A stretch of DNA of 64,000 bases from the NCBI GenBank assembly GCA_016125095.1, contig WGMK01000007.1, positions 265,605 through 329,604 of the forward strand, read 5' to 3'. The notes beneath the pieces are model-generated. The model was given only the letters and a program-made list of their open reading frames with translations. It was not told the DNA's origin and ran no database searches. Below are positions 47,411 through 56,181 of this stretch, piece after piece; position 1 is the stretch's first letter; each line of letters opens with the position of its first letter. The DNA is from Candidatus Hydrogenedens sp. (GTDB taxonomy: Bacteria; Hydrogenedentota; Hydrogenedentia; Hydrogenedentales; JAEUWI01). The translations under genes were made by a program, and so were the position numbers.

Positions 47411-48325
47411 TCAATTTATGATTTCCACGAGTCTCCGCCAATACTCCCACAGCCACGTTGTGGATACCAGATCAGGCGCGTCGGTTTGCGCTTCCGTTAT
47501 CGTGCATACCCATGCTGCGGTCTCAGGAGCGGCAGAGAAGGAGGCACGTGTCACGCTCGGAATTCCCAGCTTGCTCACCTCCAGCCCTTCGTACGCGTAT
47601 TCGGTATTGTAGGCCATCATGCGGTTCTCGACATGTTGGTCCCAATCGAAGCGCCAAGAGGCGAACGAACTACTCAGTATCTTTTCCGCCACTTCATCAT
47701 AAAATACATACTCTGAAATCATGAGGAAATTCGCATCGGGTATTCGGGGAACGGGCGGACTGGCCGCATCGGCGTCCGGATACTTCAGGTCGAGGAGTGG
47801 ATTCGCGACGGCGGCCCGCACACAGGGCGACGACGAATCGCAATCCACAAAGCGCGTGTAATAGCGCATGGCCCGGGGCGAAATACGGTAGAATCCGGAG
47901 CACGGAAAAAGTACCGCCTCGATTATTGGAAGCGGCCACGCGATACGGCGGAAATCCCGTCCCTCCGGCGTGTCGGAGAATTTAGCATCATCCGTCCACC
48001 GCTGCTTGCCGCAGACGATAGAATGACCGTTCCGGTGAATGGGCTCCTGCCAGACCCCGTCCCGTCCCCACCGCAGACGCCACGCGTCGTCCCGCCACGA
48101 AAACTCAACGTCGAACGGCCCGCCTTTCGGGGCGCAATCCTCCGGCAATAGGGCCACAGGAAAATCTTTCGACAGATCAATCCGGGCCTCGATGCGCCCC
48201 ACGGCGGCCGATTGCTCGACCCGATAGCGGGCTTCCATCAGTTGCACGGGGTCCGCAAAGACGCTGTACGTCAAGACCATTGCGGCGGCGGCGATACAAG
48301 TAACTTTCGGTATTGTCCGGCTCAT
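47411..48325 (-). CDS. Hypothetical secreted protein
   Basis: Likely start MSRTIPKVTCIAAAAMVLTYSVFA (signal peptide). Lower GC than the flanking regions. No recognised domain. Confidence 0.45.
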   Translation of the reverse strand: MSRTIPKVTCIAAAAMVLTYSVFADPVQLMEARYRVEQSAAVGRIEARIDLSKDFPVALLPEDCAPKGGPFDVEFSWRDDAWRLRWGRDGVWQEPIHRNGHSIVCGKQRWTDDAKFSDTPEGRDFRRIAWPLPIIEAVLFPCSGFYRISPRAMRYYTRFVDCDSSSPCVRAAVANPLLDLKYPDADAASPPVPRIPDANFLMISEYVFYDEVAEKILSSSFASWRFDWDQHVENRMMAYNTEYAYEGLEVSKLGIPSVTRASFSAAPETAAWVCTITEAQTDAPDLVSTTWLWEYWRRLVEIIN

Positions 48326-48357
48326 ACCGAATCTACCTTCCATCAGCGGCAAATATT

Positions 48358-49551
48358 CTACCGTCCCCCGATACCTTCCGTGCGTACCGCCACGGGTTGA
48401 ATCGCGGGCAATGCGTTCGAGGGCTGGTCGAGGTAGAAGAGCGCGACCGCGCTGACGTCGTCGCGGCGGTACATGTTGGTCCAGCCGTCGGGCACGCTAG
48501 GATCGTTTACTTTCAGGCCCTGCTCCAGCAGCGGCACGAAGGCCCCCGGACGCTGCACGCTGACCGGTTCTACTTCGACACCTTCGTCCACCAGCCGCTC
48601 CACGGTCTTCTTGTCTGCGCCGCCCATCTGCTGAATCGTCACGCGCGCTTCCTGGTGAAAATACACGGGGTCCGGCACATGGTGGCGGTAGAAGGTCCAG
48701 CGGCGTTTCTGGTTCTCGATGATCAGCGAGCCCTGGTAGCGGTTCGCGAATTCGCCCTGGCCGTAGGCCGTGCCCACGTAGTCCTCCGTGCCCGTGCCGA
48801 TAATCGTCGGCCAAGCCGTATCGCCGTCCAGGTACATCTTCACTTCGCCCTCGCCCCACCAGCCGACGTTATCCGCCGCGCCCAAGATGCCGATATGCGC
48901 CCCCAGGAATCGGCCGCCGCCGGTCACCTGCGGCAATATCTCGAAGTCCTTGCCCAGCGCCGTGCGCGGGTCGCGGTGCCAAAACGCGTGGAAATACAAC
49001 ACGTTGTCCGGGTGCTCCTCGCCGACGGTAAGATTGATGTCGTAAAACAACTGGTCCAGCGGCTCGGCGGCATCGTTGGTAAAGGTGATCTTCGCGTGCG
49101 TACGGAAGGGCATGGGCACCACGCAATTGAAGGAACGCCCCTCAGGACTCGAGAACAGCTCGCTTTCGAAGGGTTTCATTTCGCCCAGAATATGCCCGAA
49201 GAAATCCGGAAACGGCGCCTCGACGGCGGGCTTTTCCGCGCCGTCCCAATACATGCGGATGACATACGACCGCAGGGCCTGTGCGCTGCGGTTCGACAAC
49301 GTGAACCACATCCGCCGCACCACGCCGCTGCCGTCCATGTCCAGCAGCACCTTCTCCTCGCCCGGCGCGACCGAACCGAAGGCCGCGCCCTTCGCGCCCT
49401 TGTTGGTCTGTCCCCCGGCGCCCGGGGCGCCCGTCGGGTTCTCAAAACTTACCCAGCGCGATTCCACGCCCGCAGGCAAGGTGTACAGTTCCTCGGCCGC
49501 AGCAACCGTTGCCGCCACGCAAAAAACGAAAGTAGCAATGAGGAATTTCAC
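48358..49551 (-). CDS. DUF2961 / GH172-like beta-jellyroll protein (putative glycoside hydrolase), secreted
   Basis: GTG start at 49551 with RBS gggagg 8 nt upstream, giving signal peptide VKFLIATFVFCVAATVAAAEE. Family-like motifs WFTLSNRS, RMYWDG, GTGTEDY and FYRHH. The ORF-track N-terminal extension (MRGCVHHRGTEG...) is likely non-coding. Confidence 0.6.
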   Translation of the reverse strand: MKFLIATFVFCVAATVAAAEELYTLPAGVESRWVSFENPTGAPGAGGQTNKGAKGAAFGSVAPGEEKVLLDMDGSGVVRRMWFTLSNRSAQALRSYVIRMYWDGAEKPAVEAPFPDFFGHILGEMKPFESELFSSPEGRSFNCVVPMPFRTHAKITFTNDAAEPLDQLFYDINLTVGEEHPDNVLYFHAFWHRDPRTALGKDFEILPQVTGGGRFLGAHIGILGAADNVGWWGEGEVKMYLDGDTAWPTIIGTGTEDYVGTAYGQGEFANRYQGSLIIENQKRRWTFYRHHVPDPVYFHQEARVTIQQMGGADKKTVERLVDEGVEVEPVSVQRPGAFVPLLEQGLKVNDPSVPDGWTNMYRRDDVSAVALFYLDQPSNALPAIQPVAVRTEGIGGR

Positions 49552-49703
49552 GAGTTGGCCCTCCCTAAGGTAACTTCGAGCGAGTATGCGGCGAGTTCCC
49601 TTCCCGATGCCAGCCAGATTTTTTCTTCGTTCCCATCTTCTCCTTCCTTCCCCCTTCCTCTCTGTGCCCTCTGTGCCTCTGTGGTGAACGCATCCGCGCA
49701 AAA

Positions 49704-52322
49704 TTGGCAGCCAGCCGCCGGGTGTACTACGATACCGCTCCCTTCAGGAGTACTCCCCGCGTGCCCAGAAAAGACATTGGCGAAGACATTACCCGGCGCT
49801 TTACGCCCGAGGCTGCCCGCGCGCTGCAGGAAGCCATCGACGATGCGGGCGGCCACGAGGTGTTTTTCGCCGGTTCGCTCAACGCCTCGGGCATTGTCGA
49901 ATCCGTCCGCGTCTGCGCCCGGGGCCACGCCAGCGCCGTGCCCGCGCTGTTCGAATCGCTACAAGTGCGAGACGTCGTCATCCACAATCACCCGAGCGGA
50001 CGGCTGGATCCCAGCGACGCCGACCTGCAGCTCGCGTCGATGTACAGCACCCACGGCCATGGGGTCTACATCATCGACAATCCGGCCGAGCGCGTGTATG
50101 TGGTGGTCGAACCCTTCCTCCAGAGCGACCAGCAGCCGCTGCACCCCGAAAAGGTGGCGGGAGAGATCGAGCCGGGAGGACGCTTGTCCGCGGGACTAAA
50201 GGGCTACGAATACCGCGAACAGCAGCGCGATATGGCCGTCGCCGTCATCGACGCGCTGAATCACGACCGCATCACGGTGGTCGAAGCGCCCACGGGCGTG
50301 GGGAAGACCGTGGCTTACCTGCTGCCGGCCATCCACTGGGCCGCGCAGAACAAAGAGCGCGTGGTGGTCTCCACCCGCACCATCAACCTGCAAGAGCAGA
50401 TCATCGAAAAGGATCTGCCCGCCCTCCAGCGCGCCCTCGGCACCGAACTGAGCGCCTGCCTGGTGAAGGGGCGCGGCAACTACCTATGCTGGCGCAAGCT
50501 AAACCGGGCCCTGGGCGAGGCCACCTTATTCGAGGGCGAGGAGCGGCGCGAGCAGCTGAACGAACTCGCCGCCTGGGCCGAGCGAACGCCCGACGGCAGC
50601 CGCTCCGACCTGCCCTTTGTGCCCGCGCGCGACCTGTGGAGCGAGGTCTGTTCCGAGGCGGACAGCTGCGGCTTTTCTCGATGCCCGGATAAGAAGCGCT
50701 GCTTCGTGACCAAGGCGCGGCGCGATATCGCCCGGGCCGATATCGTCGTGGTCAACCACCACCTGCTGTTTTCCGATATCGCCATCAAGCGCGAAACTGG
50801 CGACTTCTCGGCGCTGGCCCTGCTGCCCGCCTACAAGCGCCTAATTCTCGACGAGGCCCACAGCGTGGAAGACAGCGCCACGGAATACTTCGGGGTCTCG
50901 GCCACGCGGCTCGGGGCGCTCGCCACGCTGGGCCGGCTCTACCGCACCGAGCGGCAGCGGCAGCGCGGGCTGCTCCCGCTGTTCAAGGCCAAGCTGATGA
51001 AGGACTGCCACGACCTGCCCATCACGGCCTTCGAGCAGATGCAGGCGGCCATGGACACGCGCATCGAGCCCGCCGTGGCCGACGCGCGCCGCCAGTTAGA
51101 CGACTACTTCGACGCCATCCGCTCGCTTGGGGCCGAACGCTGCGAGGACATCGGTCGCGACATCAAGTGGCGACTGACCGAAGCCGCGCTCGCCGAGCAG
51201 ACCGTGCGCATTTTCCATCAGGAGGTCGTCCATCCGCTGGTCGAGTGCCTCCGCACCCTGTGTACGCTGCTGTTGTCCCTGGCCGAGCGGGCCGGCCGCG
51301 AAGTGAAAAGCGCCCGGGATCCCGAATCGCCGATTGTGGGCGAACTGGCCGAACTGCAGGCCTATGCGCTGCGCCTCGAACGCCTGGCCGAGACCCTGGC
51401 GGAAATCACCTCGCCCCAGTTGCGTGAGAATACCGTCCGCTGGGTCGAATTCGACGCGACCGATTCCCGGCTGGTGCGCGTGGCACGGTGTCCGCTCGAG
51501 GTGGGGGAGCCGCTCGCCGAGGGCGTCTACGAACACCTGCGTTCGGTCGTGCTCACCTCGGCGACGCTCACGGTCAATCAGCGCTTCGACTACCTGTTCT
51601 CGCGGCTGGGCATGGACCGTCTGCCCTCGGAGCGGGTTGTAAGCCGCCGTCTGACCTCGCCGTTCGACTACGCGAACCAGGCGATGCTGGCGATACCCAA
51701 CGACCTGCCCGAGCCGACCTCGCCCGATTTCGGCGAGGCCTCGCATGAGGCGCTGCTTGAATTGCTCAACGCCACCCACGGCGGGGCATTCGTGCTGTTC
51801 ACTTCCTATGCCGCGCTCGACCGCGCCCATCGCGCCCTCATCGGCCCGCTGAACGACGCCGGGCTGACCGTGCACAAGCAGGGCGCGCTGCCGCGGAATG
51901 TGCTGTTGGAGCGCTTCCGGGCCGACCACTGCGGCGTGCTCTTCGCCACAGACAGCTTCTGGGAAGGGGTCGACGTTGCCGGTCAGGCGCTGCGGTGTGT
52001 AGTATTGGTGCGGCTGCCCTTCCGCGTGCCGTCCGAGCCCGTGCTCGAGGCGCGGTCCGAGGCCATCGAGGCCCGCGGAGGCAATGCCTTCATGGATTAC
52101 GCCGTGCCCCAGGCCGCCATCAAGTTCCGGCAGGGCTTCGGCAGGCTCATCCGCCGCAAGTCCGACATCGGCGCCGTCGTGGTGTTGGATCGCCGGATTG
52201 TGACCAAATACTATGGCCGGGTATTTCTAAAATCTCTGCCTGAACTACAGCCGGTGCAAGCCAGCATGCGCGAAATCGCCGAACAGGTGCGCGCGTTTCT
52301 GGCACAACCCAGAGGGGAGTAA
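49704..52322 (+). CDS. dinG: Fusion protein: N-terminal RadC-like JAB/MPN (JAMM) domain + DinG/Rad3-family Fe-S ATP-dependent DNA helicase
   Basis: N-terminal (~150 aa) EVFFAGSLNASGIV...VVIHNHPSGRLDPSDADLQL...HGHGVYIIDNPAERVYVV carries the RadC signature HNHPSG(x3)PSxxD (about 49983-50000). Helicase: Walker A VVEAPTGVGKT, Fe-S cysteines CLVKGRGNYLC...CSEADSCGFSRC...C, DEAH box LILDEAHSVED, and a C-terminal Helicase_C_2 (FVLFTSY...QGFGRLIRR). Confidence 0.75.
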   Translation: MAASRRVYYDTAPFRSTPRVPRKDIGEDITRRFTPEAARALQEAIDDAGGHEVFFAGSLNASGIVESVRVCARGHASAVPALFESLQVRDVVIHNHPSGRLDPSDADLQLASMYSTHGHGVYIIDNPAERVYVVVEPFLQSDQQPLHPEKVAGEIEPGGRLSAGLKGYEYREQQRDMAVAVIDALNHDRITVVEAPTGVGKTVAYLLPAIHWAAQNKERVVVSTRTINLQEQIIEKDLPALQRALGTELSACLVKGRGNYLCWRKLNRALGEATLFEGEERREQLNELAAWAERTPDGSRSDLPFVPARDLWSEVCSEADSCGFSRCPDKKRCFVTKARRDIARADIVVVNHHLLFSDIAIKRETGDFSALALLPAYKRLILDEAHSVEDSATEYFGVSATRLGALATLGRLYRTERQRQRGLLPLFKAKLMKDCHDLPITAFEQMQAAMDTRIEPAVADARRQLDDYFDAIRSLGAERCEDIGRDIKWRLTEAALAEQTVRIFHQEVVHPLVECLRTLCTLLLSLAERAGREVKSARDPESPIVGELAELQAYALRLERLAETLAEITSPQLRENTVRWVEFDATDSRLVRVARCPLEVGEPLAEGVYEHLRSVVLTSATLTVNQRFDYLFSRLGMDRLPSERVVSRRLTSPFDYANQAMLAIPNDLPEPTSPDFGEASHEALLELLNATHGGAFVLFTSYAALDRAHRALIGPLNDAGLTVHKQGALPRNVLLERFRADHCGVLFATDSFWEGVDVAGQALRCVVLVRLPFRVPSEPVLEARSEAIEARGGNAFMDYAVPQAAIKFRQGFGRLIRRKSDIGAVVVLDRRIVTKYYGRVFLKSLPELQPVQASMREIAEQVRAFLAQPRGE

Positions 52323-52326
52323 GCGC

Positions 52327-53703
52327 ATGGCCTCCGAAAGCAACCCGCTCGACATCCGTATCGACATCGCCCGCGCCAAGGCAGCCGCCGTCGGCAGCGA
52401 ACACGGCGTCACCCCTGCGGAGTATGCCGAGATCGAACCCCGCGTGCTCGAGATTCACCGGATCCTGGAGCAAGAACGGCGCGACGGGAAGTACGGCTTC
52501 TACGACCTCTACAAGGATACCGACGCGCTAGAGGCGGTCAAGGCCGCAGCCACAAAGTTCGCCGCCTTTGAGTACGAAAACCTCGTGGTGCTGGGCATCG
52601 GCGGTTCGGCGCTGGGCATCACGGCGCTGAACACCGCGCTCAACCCGCCCTTCTACAACATGATGACCAAGGCCGCCCGCAAGCGCCGGCCGCGCCTGTT
52701 CGTGATGGACAACATCGACCCGCTTACCTTCAAGCAGATGATGCGGATGTGCCCGCCGAAGAAGTCGCTGTATGTGTCGATCTCCAAATCCGGCGGCACG
52801 GCCGAGACGACCTCGCAAACGATGATCGTGCTCGACGCGCTGGAGCAGAAGCTCGGCAAGGACGGGGTCAAGGACCACCTCGTGGTCATCACCAGCCCAC
52901 GCGTGCCCGGCGCTCCCAAGAGCCTGCTGCACCCGGTGGCCGACGAATACGGCCTGACCTCGCTCGACATTCCGCTGAACGTGGGGGGGCGCTTCTCGGT
53001 CTTTACGCCGGTGGGCCTGTTTCCGGCGGCGCTGCTGGGCATGGACCTGGATGCCATAATGGCGGGCTGCGCCGCGATGGACGCGCGCACTTCGGCCGCC
53101 AGCCTGCACGACAACCCGGCCTACCTGCGGGCCGCCACGCAATACCTGCTCGATACCCGCAAGGGCAAGGTCATGTCCGTCATGATGCCCTACGCCGATG
53201 CCCTCCGCGATGTGGCCGACTGGTACCGGCAGCTGTGGGCGGAAAGCCTGGGCAAGCGCCTCAGCCTGGACGGGGCCGAAGTTTTCACCGGACAGACGCC
53301 CGTGAAGGCGCTCGGTGCGACCGACCAGCATTCGCAGGTGCAGCTTTATGCTGAGGGCCCGAATGACAAAGTATTTAACGTCATCGAGGCCGCCAGCTTC
53401 GGAAGCACCCTGAAGATTCCCGCGAACCTCACCAGCATTTCCGAGTTGGAATACCTTCGTGGCAAGAGCATGAACAAGCTCATGTCGGCGGAACTGCGCG
53501 GCACCATCGATGCGCTGAAAGATGCCTCCCGCCCCGTAATCAAAATCTCGCTGCCGCGCGTGAACGCGCACACGGTGTCCCAGCTGCTCTACATGCTCGA
53601 AGTCGAGACCGCGATGGCCGGCCGCCTGTATAACGTGGACGCCTTCAATCAACCGGGCGTCGAGGCGGGCAAGATCATCGCGCGCAAACTGATGGGCGCG
53701 TAG
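52327..53703 (+). CDS. pgi: Glucose-6-phosphate isomerase (short PGI/SIS-domain family)
   Basis: SIS-domain motifs VLGIGGSALG and ISKSGGTAET. 458 aa. Starts 5 nt after the dinG-like stop. Confidence 0.7.
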   Translation: MASESNPLDIRIDIARAKAAAVGSEHGVTPAEYAEIEPRVLEIHRILEQERRDGKYGFYDLYKDTDALEAVKAAATKFAAFEYENLVVLGIGGSALGITALNTALNPPFYNMMTKAARKRRPRLFVMDNIDPLTFKQMMRMCPPKKSLYVSISKSGGTAETTSQTMIVLDALEQKLGKDGVKDHLVVITSPRVPGAPKSLLHPVADEYGLTSLDIPLNVGGRFSVFTPVGLFPAALLGMDLDAIMAGCAAMDARTSAASLHDNPAYLRAATQYLLDTRKGKVMSVMMPYADALRDVADWYRQLWAESLGKRLSLDGAEVFTGQTPVKALGATDQHSQVQLYAEGPNDKVFNVIEAASFGSTLKIPANLTSISELEYLRGKSMNKLMSAELRGTIDALKDASRPVIKISLPRVNAHTVSQLLYMLEVETAMAGRLYNVDAFNQPGVEAGKIIARKLMGA

Positions 53704-53712
53704 ACCGCCGCA

Positions 53713-55302
53713 ATGAAAGAACTTCGCATTCCCGAATACGGCGTCGGAGCCGATGTGCCCGCCCTGCGCCGCGGACGCTGGTCGTTCCGGTTCGGCGTGG
53801 CCGCCGTCGTGCTGCTCACGTTCTCGCTCTGGCTTTCAGAACGCTACCTGCGCTTCGACCTGAACGAAACGCAGTACATCATGGCGCTGACCATGCACCC
53901 CGACAGCGCCCGGCCCGTGCTGCGCAACGTCCTCAAGCGCGAAACCGACTCCGGGCAGCCCATCGTTGCACGGCATGCCGAGGCGCTGGCCGATGTCGAG
54001 GAACCCGATATTCTGCTCGCCCGCTATGCCGAGGCCTACCAGCTCGACCCGGGCAACTGGAGCCTTGTGCTGAACTACGGCACGCGGCTGTGGGGAGCGG
54101 GCAAGTTCGCCGAGGCCCGGGAACGCTTCCGCGAAGCCTCCGTGCATGCGCCCGACAACGCCCTGCCGCGCTACCTGGAGGCGGCTGCGCTCGTCCTGTC
54201 GCGGCCCGACAACCCCGACTATGCCGAGGCCATGGCGCTCATCGAACGTGCCAATGTGTCCGGCTATCCCGCGCGCTTTCCCACGCCGCTCTGGCATGTC
54301 TCGATTCCAGCCAGCGGCAACTGGTACGCCCAGAAGCAGCGCCTGATCATCGACCGCTGCTGCGCGCCGCTCTACCGGTTCAATGCGGCCATGGTGGCCG
54401 CGGCACGCGCGTCGGCCGACGACCAGACCCGGGTACAATGGGAAACCTGGTTCGAAACCATGGAACGCATGGGGCAAAACCTGGTGGGCGACGTGGATAC
54501 CCCGGCCGAATCCCTCGGGGCGCCCCAGGCGGTGGCGGGGTTGAACATTCAGATCGACGCCATTGATTCTCGCCTGTGGCTCGCGGACGCTGATGCGGCC
54601 GAGCCCGACCCCGCGTTGAGTGAGCGCAAGGGACGACTTTTGGCGGCCAAGGACAAGCTCGCGGCCTTCGAAGACGCCCGGCAGAATATCATTGGCGCGC
54701 ACCAGCAAGTGATTCTCGCGCCAGTCATTTTCGCTCTCACGACCTTTCTCCTTTTTCTCGCCGTTTGGACGCTTGCCTTGCTCATCGACCGCATCTTCTG
54801 GAAAGGCAGTCTCGGAGAGAACGCTCAGCATGCGCTTTGGGGCAATCTCTGGTTCGGCGGCGCGGGCGCCGGATTCCTGGCGCTGTATATCGCGTTCGCG
54901 TTCCTGCAGCACGTTCACCCCATCGCCACCCAGATGACCATGATGGCCTCGCTGATCTGGATGGCGCTCGTGGCGGTGCTGCTCGCGGGCGCACCAGTGT
55001 ATCCTTACATCTTGCTACCCTCGGCGCGCTCGAGGATTGATGCGCTGGCAATAGCGGAGGACGACAAGGACACCGCCCATTTCGTACGGCGCGCCCGGCT
55101 CGATGCCTACCTGTCCCTCATGCGCCGATACCTCGGGATTGCGCTGGGGGTGTTTCTGATCGCGTCGTGCACCTGGTTCCTCGGGGTGCGCATCGTGACC
55201 GGGCTCTATCCGACGCAGGTCGAACTGATGGCGTCCGGTCTGCGCCCCGAGGAAATTGCACTTATCACGGAAATCATTCGGCTTACGCCGGGGTTGTCTT
55301 GA
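53713..55302 (+). CDS. Hypothetical membrane protein with TPR-like periplasmic region and C-terminal multi-TM domain
   Basis: N-terminal TM (FGVAAVVLLTFSLWL), a TPR-like helical middle section, and 5-6 C-terminal TM helices. Confidence 0.5.
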   Translation: MKELRIPEYGVGADVPALRRGRWSFRFGVAAVVLLTFSLWLSERYLRFDLNETQYIMALTMHPDSARPVLRNVLKRETDSGQPIVARHAEALADVEEPDILLARYAEAYQLDPGNWSLVLNYGTRLWGAGKFAEARERFREASVHAPDNALPRYLEAAALVLSRPDNPDYAEAMALIERANVSGYPARFPTPLWHVSIPASGNWYAQKQRLIIDRCCAPLYRFNAAMVAAARASADDQTRVQWETWFETMERMGQNLVGDVDTPAESLGAPQAVAGLNIQIDAIDSRLWLADADAAEPDPALSERKGRLLAAKDKLAAFEDARQNIIGAHQQVILAPVIFALTTFLLFLAVWTLALLIDRIFWKGSLGENAQHALWGNLWFGGAGAGFLALYIAFAFLQHVHPIATQMTMMASLIWMALVAVLLAGAPVYPYILLPSARSRIDALAIAEDDKDTAHFVRRARLDAYLSLMRRYLGIALGVFLIASCTWFLGVRIVTGLYPTQVELMASGLRPEEIALITEIIRLTPGLS

Positions 55303-55420
55303 GTCTAGGCCCATCCGCCGAATCGGGAACATCCCATGCCTTCTCCCTTTCGCCTGTGAATTCTGTAGTTAGTGAGTCCACACCCCGAAAACTGCGGCCA
55401 ATAGTCAAGAATCGTTCCGA

Positions 55421-55450
55421 TTGACTCCCTCTCACAAATCACGATATACT
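55421..55450 (+). promoter_or_regulatory. Putative sigma70-type promoter upstream of HTH-receiver regulator gene
   Basis: TTGACT (55421-55426), 18-nt spacer, TATACT (55445-55450). It lies in an AT-richer 250-bp intergenic region. Confidence 0.35.
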
Positions 55451-55550
55451 CACCCCGATAGAGCGCTTATACTGAGAATTCTAACCCCTGCTGTGGTCAT
55501 CATGCGGCTCAGCCTGCCGGGTTGGATGCGAAATTAGAGGAAACGGTGCG

Positions 55551-56132
55551 ATGAGTGATAGAGAAAGTAAAGCATATACCACGTTCGAGGCGGCGCGGAT
55601 TTGCCATGTGACGCACCATAGCATCAAGAACTGGATCAAGCAGGGCTTGATTAAGGCATCGCGCACGCCGGGCGGCCACTACCGCATTCTCGAGCACGAC
55701 CTCGACGCCTTCCGCGAGCAGTACGACATGTTTCCGCGCGACAAGGGACCGCTGAAAAAGCGCGTCATGATTGTCGATGACGACGAGGACGCGCTGACCT
55801 TGACCGAGAAGATCCTCGATACCGAGGGCTACGAACTCATCAAGGTGACCAATGCGACCGAGGTGGGCATCAAGGCGGCGCAACTGGTGCCGGACCTGAT
55901 TCTGCTCGATTTCCTCATGCCGGAAATCAACGGGTTTGAAGTGTGCAAGGCCCTGCGCGATAATGAACTCACGCGCAGCATTCCGATCATGGCGGTGACC
56001 TGCCTGAGCAAAGAACGGGACATCGAGCGTATCTTCGAATGCGGCGCTGACGAGTATCTGGCGAAGCCGTTCAAGGTGGAGCAACTGCTCGAGAAGGTAC
56101 GCGATCTCGCAGGCAAAGGCCGTTCGGCTTAA
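55551..56132 (+). CDS. Response regulator with N-terminal MerR/excisionase-type HTH and C-terminal receiver domain
   Basis: HTH: YTTFEAARICHVTHHSIKNWIKQGLIKASRTPGGHYRI. Receiver: VMIVDDDEDAL...LILLDFLMPEINGFE...IMAVTC...LAKPF. Confidence 0.75.
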   Translation: MSDRESKAYTTFEAARICHVTHHSIKNWIKQGLIKASRTPGGHYRILEHDLDAFREQYDMFPRDKGPLKKRVMIVDDDEDALTLTEKILDTEGYELIKVTNATEVGIKAAQLVPDLILLDFLMPEINGFEVCKALRDNELTRSIPIMAVTCLSKERDIERIFECGADEYLAKPFKVEQLLEKVRDLAGKGRSA

Positions 56133-56181
56133 ACCGCCCACGGCCCGGCGGGCTCTGCGGCGAAAGGGAGTCCGCTAGCCG

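Noticed and set aside
48313-50199. 628-aa plus-strand ORF
   Set aside because: It is antisense to the DUF2961-like gene and out of frame with the RadC-DinG gene. The product is Arg/Ala/Pro-rich nonsense.
52528-53652. 374-aa minus-strand ORF
   Set aside because: It is antisense to pgi (SIS-domain motifs on the plus strand).
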